From assembly GCF_008831285.2 (NCBI RefSeq), contig NC_045138.2, forward strand, positions 29,512,001 through 29,576,000: DNA of 64,000 bases, in the 5' to 3' direction. The notes under the pieces are model-generated. The model did not search any database and was not told where the DNA came from. It was given only the letters and a program-made list of their open reading frames with translations. This stretch comes from Nymphaea colorata (taxonomy: Eukaryota). Shown here in pieces: positions 57,440-64,000 of this stretch. Both the position numbers and the translations under genes were made by a program. Every line of letters starts with the position of its first letter. Position 1 is the stretch's first letter.

Positions 57440-59190
57440 CTTTGTTCTGCACTATTGCCAGTTCCGGGAAGAGGGGAAGAGAGAGCGAGAGAGGATCGAA
57501 TCCGTCCGACTCAATCAGACGCTGCCTCACCGAACCAAAGAAATGGACTCTCGTCTTGAGTCAGGTGCTCCAACGTAAATCCCAAATTCATTGTAGCTAA
57601 AACCTTGCGATATCTTAAAGACCGTCAATTTCTATGGAATCACGATAAATAGAAAAATAGGGATTATATACAACAAACAATGGTGCTTCAGAGAAGCCCT
57701 TTAATCGATGAGTACAATATAAACTAGATCCTAGAAGTTCCAAGAAGAACATCTAAATCTGTCCTTCATACAAGCTTTGAGTGCAATATTAACTTAGATC
57801 CTAGGAGTTTTAAGAAGAAGATCTAAATCTTTCCTTCATACAAGCTTTAAGGGGTCATAACACTCTGACAATTGACACGGCAATAGTGCGCACCTGGACT
57901 CTTCTTCAAGTGACAAACTTGGCGAGAGAATTATGAAAGGCCTACAATTTTCTTTTGACCACATTCACACATCAATATTTTAAGCTAAAGGGCAATTAAC
58001 ACGTTCAACCTATAAGACAAGGATATCATTTCCGAAAAACTAAAGATACGATCAATTTTTCATTACTTGATGCCACTGTTACGCCCTTTCAGCAGCCTCC
58101 CAGGCTTTCACCATGACTGCTTCATAGTCGATGAGTGAGAAATCAGAACGATGTTGCATGCACCGAAAGAAAAAGATACGAACAAACAAAACTATTTCAA
58201 ACAACTTGCTTGCTTTGTGATCAAGATTTCACGACTTTCACTGTCACAAGTTTTCGAAGATGCAGCTAGTATTTGTCTGTGGTTTTTTGTTACACCTTGC
58301 TTTAGACGTCGATCCATTTTAAACTCGAACTATAGGCTCTAGCATTGGGGTTTTACGCTATTGAGCGAGTGGTAAAGTCTTTCAGCCCAAGTGCACTTTA
58401 CTTGAGATCCAAATTTATTAGAAACAAAAAAAGAAGAAGCAGTAGAGAGATCAGCTCAACTCTTGTTGTATCCTAGAAATAAAAGAACACCAAGATGACT
58501 ACATATTGTATACGAAACTAGAGGACATCTGTTTACAAAAGACATACTATTGTAGAAGGGGAGATAAAGTTTAAATAGCTTATCATATTGTCATAGTCTT
58601 TTCGAATTCTCATGACCTTTAAACAAATTAATGTTATATTGCTTATCACTCGTATAGAGGGCATTTGGCAACCGAAATACTAATATACTGTTCCATGAAT
58701 TTGTTCATGCTATCAAGCACAACCATAGTGTTCAATTAAAATTTTGGAAACAAAACATGTGTTATTGCACTTACAACGATAACTGAATAAATTTTGTTTA
58801 GAAGAGAGGCATCAAAGACATCCTAGGCGTTGATTGTATGTTTTTTTTTTCCATTAAGAAATATGTTACCATTTGTGAATTTCTTTTTCACCATCAACCT
58901 TTTTAAAATTCCTTTCATACAAGTGAGAGGTTTTTCATGATGCCCTAGATTTTTCAGAATTTTTTTTTTATGAAATCCAGATAAGAAAAGTTCCTGATTT
59001 TGAGGTAAAAGGCAATCAAACAGATGGAAATTACGCAACCAAAAATTTGGGTCTGAAGTTGCTCGGGTCAATTGTAACCCGACCCGCCCATGCTCAGTTC
59101 GGATGGATACGGCTACTCCATAGACCCGGGAAAATCTTCTCCTATATAACCCGAGAGCATAACCACCAGAGAGGAACCAGTGTTGAGGGG

Positions 59191-62100
59191 ATGCAGGACA
59201 CGGGGATCTCTTCTCGCCGGTCTCCGGTGACCCTGTCGGAGGAAATGCCGGATTCTCCGCCGAAGGACCGAATCTCGGCTGCGGCTAGAGCGACGAAGCA
59301 GATCGGCAGGATTGGCTTCCTAGGGCAATGCCTCATACTCTCACTCCTACTCCTCCTTGGCTTCCTCGTCATCCACTCGCCTCGCTACATCTGCGACAGC
59401 CGCCCAGATGCATTCTCAAGACAGCACCTCATTTCCATTGAAGGCCTCGATTCGGACTTCGGCCTCCTCGGCGTTCCCTGGTGTGAGTTTTCCCGTCTCC
59501 GATCCCGTCTTCTTCTGTCTGGGTCTCATGGTTGACTTTTGTAGTTTCTTTTTTGTTACCTAGGGTTTACGCTTTCTTTTCTCGAAGATGTTTAGGTCCG
59601 AGGCTACGAATCTCAAAATTATCCTGACAGTCACTGACCTTTCCTTCTGCAACTGATTGCCTACGACAGTGTTTACAACGTTTGTGAACTAGGAAGTTTG
59701 CGGTTAGCTTATTTCGTTAGTCATTTGTCTCGTCACTTGGATGGGTTGTAGCGTAAATTCTTATGATGGCTTTGTTATTCTGTTCATTTGTAGTCGGTCA
59801 TAGTGTATAACTGAGATTTCTGATATTCTCAGTGTAATTATCTATTTCTCTTTTCCTAATGGCTATTGGTCTTACGAAGAGCAAACCGTAGTCTTACTAA
59901 TTGCTGAGACCCCGTGTAAAGGATCTGGTTGTAGGTTAGTGTTGGTAAAACAATGTTTGTGTTTCCATCGATGAGAAATTTCTGTTGTACTATTGGGAAT
60001 GCTGAGCGGTACAAAGTTTGCTGGGGGCGGATTGCATTTTATTGCATTTATAGTGTCTTTCGACATTCTTTTGTAGTTGATTTTGCTCATCTAGAGAGAC
60101 CTGTAACGAATGTTCGGTTTGCAAAGTGCTTTGCTTCCGATGCAGGCTTTGGAGTTTACCCAGGTGCGGGCTGCATCATATGTTTGTAGTTTATTCAAAC
60201 ATTAAGCATGCTGTCACTAATGAACCCATACGTAGTTGTTACATGCAAACGTGCATAAATTATGAAGGGTTTTGAAGGTTTACTCAAATCGTCGATTGCT
60301 AACTTCTATGAAGTTACAAGTCAATGCGATCATTTTACGTTCATTGATAAATGCATAATATAGTCCGGATATCCGTGAGGTTTTCTTGCTTACTCATTTT
60401 CGTCAAGTTCTTGAAGAAAATGGGAAGTTTATTTAGGCCCCTGTATTGCGATTAGAAAGACCATGTTTTCGGATTTCTCTTGTGGGGTGGGGGAGGAGGG
60501 GAGAGAGAAAAAAAAAAATCATGATTTCATATTTCACCTGTGGTTCTGAAGATCATGATTTCAGATTTTACTGTGATTGGAAGTTCGTGGTTTCACGTTT
60601 CATCTGCAGAAGACCAACAGTTGCAGCTGCAGTTGATATGTTTTGAACCTCCTTGAAAAGTGTACGACCTACGCGTCGTTGTTTTCTGCTGCCGTGAAAT
60701 TTTGTTTTGATTGTCCAAATGCTATGGATTTCTTCTTTTTAAAATTTTAAATTCCTTGCGTCCATTTCACCTGTAAATTTCTTGTTACATTTATCTATTT
60801 CTTTAATATTTTTCTTGTCAAAAGGCAGATCGAAACATGGGCAAACTGTGGAATGGACCAAAAAGGATCTGCTTCAGGGGTTGGAAGAGTTTGTTCCAAT
60901 TTATGAAACTCGACCAATCAAGAATAACATGTATGGCATGGGATTCGACCATAGCTTTGGTCTTTGGTTTATGACACGTTGGCTTAAACCTGATTTGATG
61001 ATTGAGAGTGGTGCATTCAAGGGGCATTCAACTTGGGTTCTTCGTCAGGCTATGCCAGATAAACCTATCATCTCTCTTTCACCCCGACACCCCGAGAAAT
61101 ATCTGAAGAAAGGGCCAGCATATGTCGATGCAAACTGCACATATTATGCTGGAAAGGATTTTATTGATTTTGGAAGCTTGGATTGGGGTAAGGTTATGAA
61201 GAATCGTGGGATCTCAGATCTTGGAAAAGTGGTAGTTTTCTTTGATGATCACCAGAATGAACTCAAGAGGTAGCATCGGCACTTAGGTCTTTTTGCTTTT
61301 CTTTATAATGCATGTATTTATGACTTTATTTTGTTCCTCATGAGTTCGAAGTATGTAATCTCATTGTTTCTGAATTTTGGGCAATTTGTTACTGACAATG
61401 GTTTGGGTTATCTGACTGCTGAAGTTGATTGTCAGTCATTTCTTTCTCTTTTTCTGATTTACAGACTGAAGCAGGCACTGAACGCTGGTTTCCTACACCT
61501 GATTTTTGAAGATAACTATGACACTGGAACTGGAGACCATTACTCCTTTAGGCAAATGTGTGATCAGTTCTATATAAGAGGTGAGGTGTCTCTAGATGTG
61601 TTTTTTCTTTCCTTTTTCTTCCTTTCTATGAGATGATGACGCAATGATTCTTGTATTTTCTAGTACCATAGTGATCGGGTAAAATTTGCCTCTCCTATTA
61701 TGATTTCATAGTTTCTAGTGTTCAAACGTTGGAGCAAATCTGATTGTGAAGTTCATGGTTGCTTGCTAATTGGTTTTGTATGTGCGTGTAAGCTAGTGAA
61801 AATGCTTACATAACCGGGTTCTACATGTGAAGCTTCACATGTGTTAGCATTTTGTCTTCTCGCCCTTCCTGATTTTGTCGGCCCTATCTTGCAGGTGGTG
61901 GTCACAGCTGCTTCATTGACAGCGACGAAGCTAGGATAAGAATGAAAAGGAAAAGGTTCTGGGATAAAGCAGTGGACACCAGCGAGCTCTGTGCTCCAGG
62001 AGAAAAATGGTGGGGTGTCAGGGGCGAGATGCGGGACAATTTCAATCACAGCAACCGAGAAATATCTCATACTGAACATTTTGAGAATAGCAGATTTGTG

Positions 62101-62316
62101 GAGTCGGTTCTTGATGTCTACTGGGAGCTACCACCTGTGGCAGGGCCATCCCTTACGCATCAGACCAGATATGATCCTGCACGTACTGTCGACCCCATTG
62201 TAGAGGATGGCAGATTCGGCTTGTTTCAGAGACTTGGTTTGACCAGACTAGAAGCGTCTGTGTTCAATGGATATACTCAGATGGTATACCTTCGGGTATC
62301 TCCTCCAGGTTCTTGA
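59191..62316 (+). CDS. Uncharacterised type II membrane protein, 424 aa, putative SAM-dependent O-methyltransferase; exons 59191-59482, 60825-61269, 61465-61580, 61895-62316
   Basis: Four GT-AG exons total 1275 nt in frame. N-terminal hydrophobic helix CLILSLLLLLGFLVI. Motifs MIESGAFKGHST, VFFDDH and IFEDNY. Confidence 0.9.
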
Positions 62317-64000
62317 AATGTTGGAGATACTTGTATAATGTGGTTTCAAATGGCATGTCGTGTGAAGCCTTCTTGGTTTGTCTTGTTTTTCTTCTGCTAT
62401 CTGTGGTAGATCTTGTACAAACGAAGACTTCATCTTTTGATTGTAATACCTTTTTTCTCATTTTGATGGTTATGCTTGTTTTCATGTGACACAGTCATTG
62501 CAGTTTTGCAGAGACTTTGCTTATTGAAGGTTTTAGCATTTCATAAGGCCCTCATTAGATGGCAAATAGCAAAACCTGGTTTTAGGAAAAACAGAATTTG
62601 CCTTCGAACCAGGTTTTGGCACACCATGGTTGTCATTTCAAGTGTTTTTGTTGTCAGCAAGTCTCATTCTCATAGGTTTTTGGTAAAAAGGCAGATAAAG
62701 GGGGGTCCCGACCATGACAAGTTACGTTGGAGGGGATGTTTGTGACGTTGCTGTGTGCATCAATGTGTCGGGGCTTTCTCTTCGGCTTAAAGCTATGCTA
62801 AAAAGATTTGCAGAAGTCTTTCAGTGGCTGCTGTTCGATAGATTATGACGAATCAAATTTACTTGAAAAAGCATGCAAAGCCTGATGCATCTAAAAAAAA
62901 AATCTTTATGAAAAAAGTGGTTGGGTTTTAAACAGGCTTTTGTCCTAGTGATCCTTTGTAAAAGAAGCATCTATGATCATTTTTCCAAAGGAATTCCAAA
63001 TTTCTGCTGCTATTGTTCAGGGGCTGCTTCCCATGTGATAGGAGCTCGTGTCCACACCAAGGGACCTTTACCTACTTTGTACTGAGCAAGAAGCCCATAA
63101 TAAGTTTGGTTTGGTGTGGAAGATGGAAGTAATCAACTGATTGAACTTTTATATATGTGAAGATATGCGCGTTACGAACTAATGCTCTTTAGCTGTCCAT
63201 TTTCGTGCTTTTTAATTCCCTTCTAGATGAAATTCTCGCCTTTTTTCGAAATCATTTTAGACTCTGGCATCATCATTCCTCTGTGAATCATCTTGATAAA
63301 GCCCAAGTAATGATGTATCCTGAAGAAACTACCCCTCTCGATGCTGCAAAGACAAGCACCATTGAACGTGGTACGACGTGCCATTGCGTCTTACGGTCTT
63401 AGTATAATAAGATACAACCTGCCAGATTGTACTAGTATGTGCACTACATGTATCCAGAGGTGGAACCAGAAAATTTATATGGGGAGCTTTTTTGGGGGTT
63501 TGTGTGTGTTTGTTGGGGTGGGGGCTGGGGTGGAGAATCCAGGGACTGTGGGTAGGGGCAGGGTCGCTCCTGCCTGTATGTACTAAGGTGAAATCACCTT
63601 TTGGCCTTCTTTACTTTACACGCCCATGTATTTTCCACCAAGTGGACTCGTCTTCATCTCCTATTCATAGATATGAGCCCCTTACATCAGTCACCACATT
63701 GCCATGCTATTCTGCTAAAAAACGTTTCATCCAATGAATGGAAACATGTAATACTTGTGAAATGTTCATTGAAGAAAACATTTGGTTATATGGAATTATG
63801 CAGTGCCTCTGCAGTTCCTCGTGATTTTCGAATTAGATTCTACTTTGAGCTGGAGAGTATTCATATGTTAAACGTCGTCTACTGTCACATCCTCTTAGGA
63901 ACTTTGCAAGTTCATTTATCCAATTAGACCCTGAATACCAGGCAAATTGCTTCCAGAAGTAATAAGATCAGATCCATGAGGTGATCATCCTTAATGGATG

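Overview
Angiosperm nuclear DNA (spliceosomal introns, GA/TA microsatellites); species cannot be determined from sequence alone. Left to right: (1) 1-3655, the 3' end of a Ty3/gypsy LTR retrotransposon with a PPT, a ~3.07 kb LTR and an internal ORF built from a ~50-aa repeat conserved at protein level. (2) ~3.8-43.2 kb, a heavily rearranged cluster of two-exon PGG-domain membrane-protein genes that keep only a vestigial ankyrin-like first exon. It has one intact copy, two frameshifted copies, truncated or deleted copies, repeated promoter blocks and an inverted duplication with a 178-bp perfect arm. It also contains captured fragments of DVR and SBE2, a solo copia LTR and a LINE relic. (3) 44.3-62.3 kb, three intact genes: a TIE/SPEAR EAR-motif repressor (-), METTL5 (-), and a divergently oriented membrane-anchored protein (+) whose motifs suggest an unrecognised cation-dependent O-methyltransferase. 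All exon models were built by hand from GT/AG sites and frame continuity; no database searches were run.
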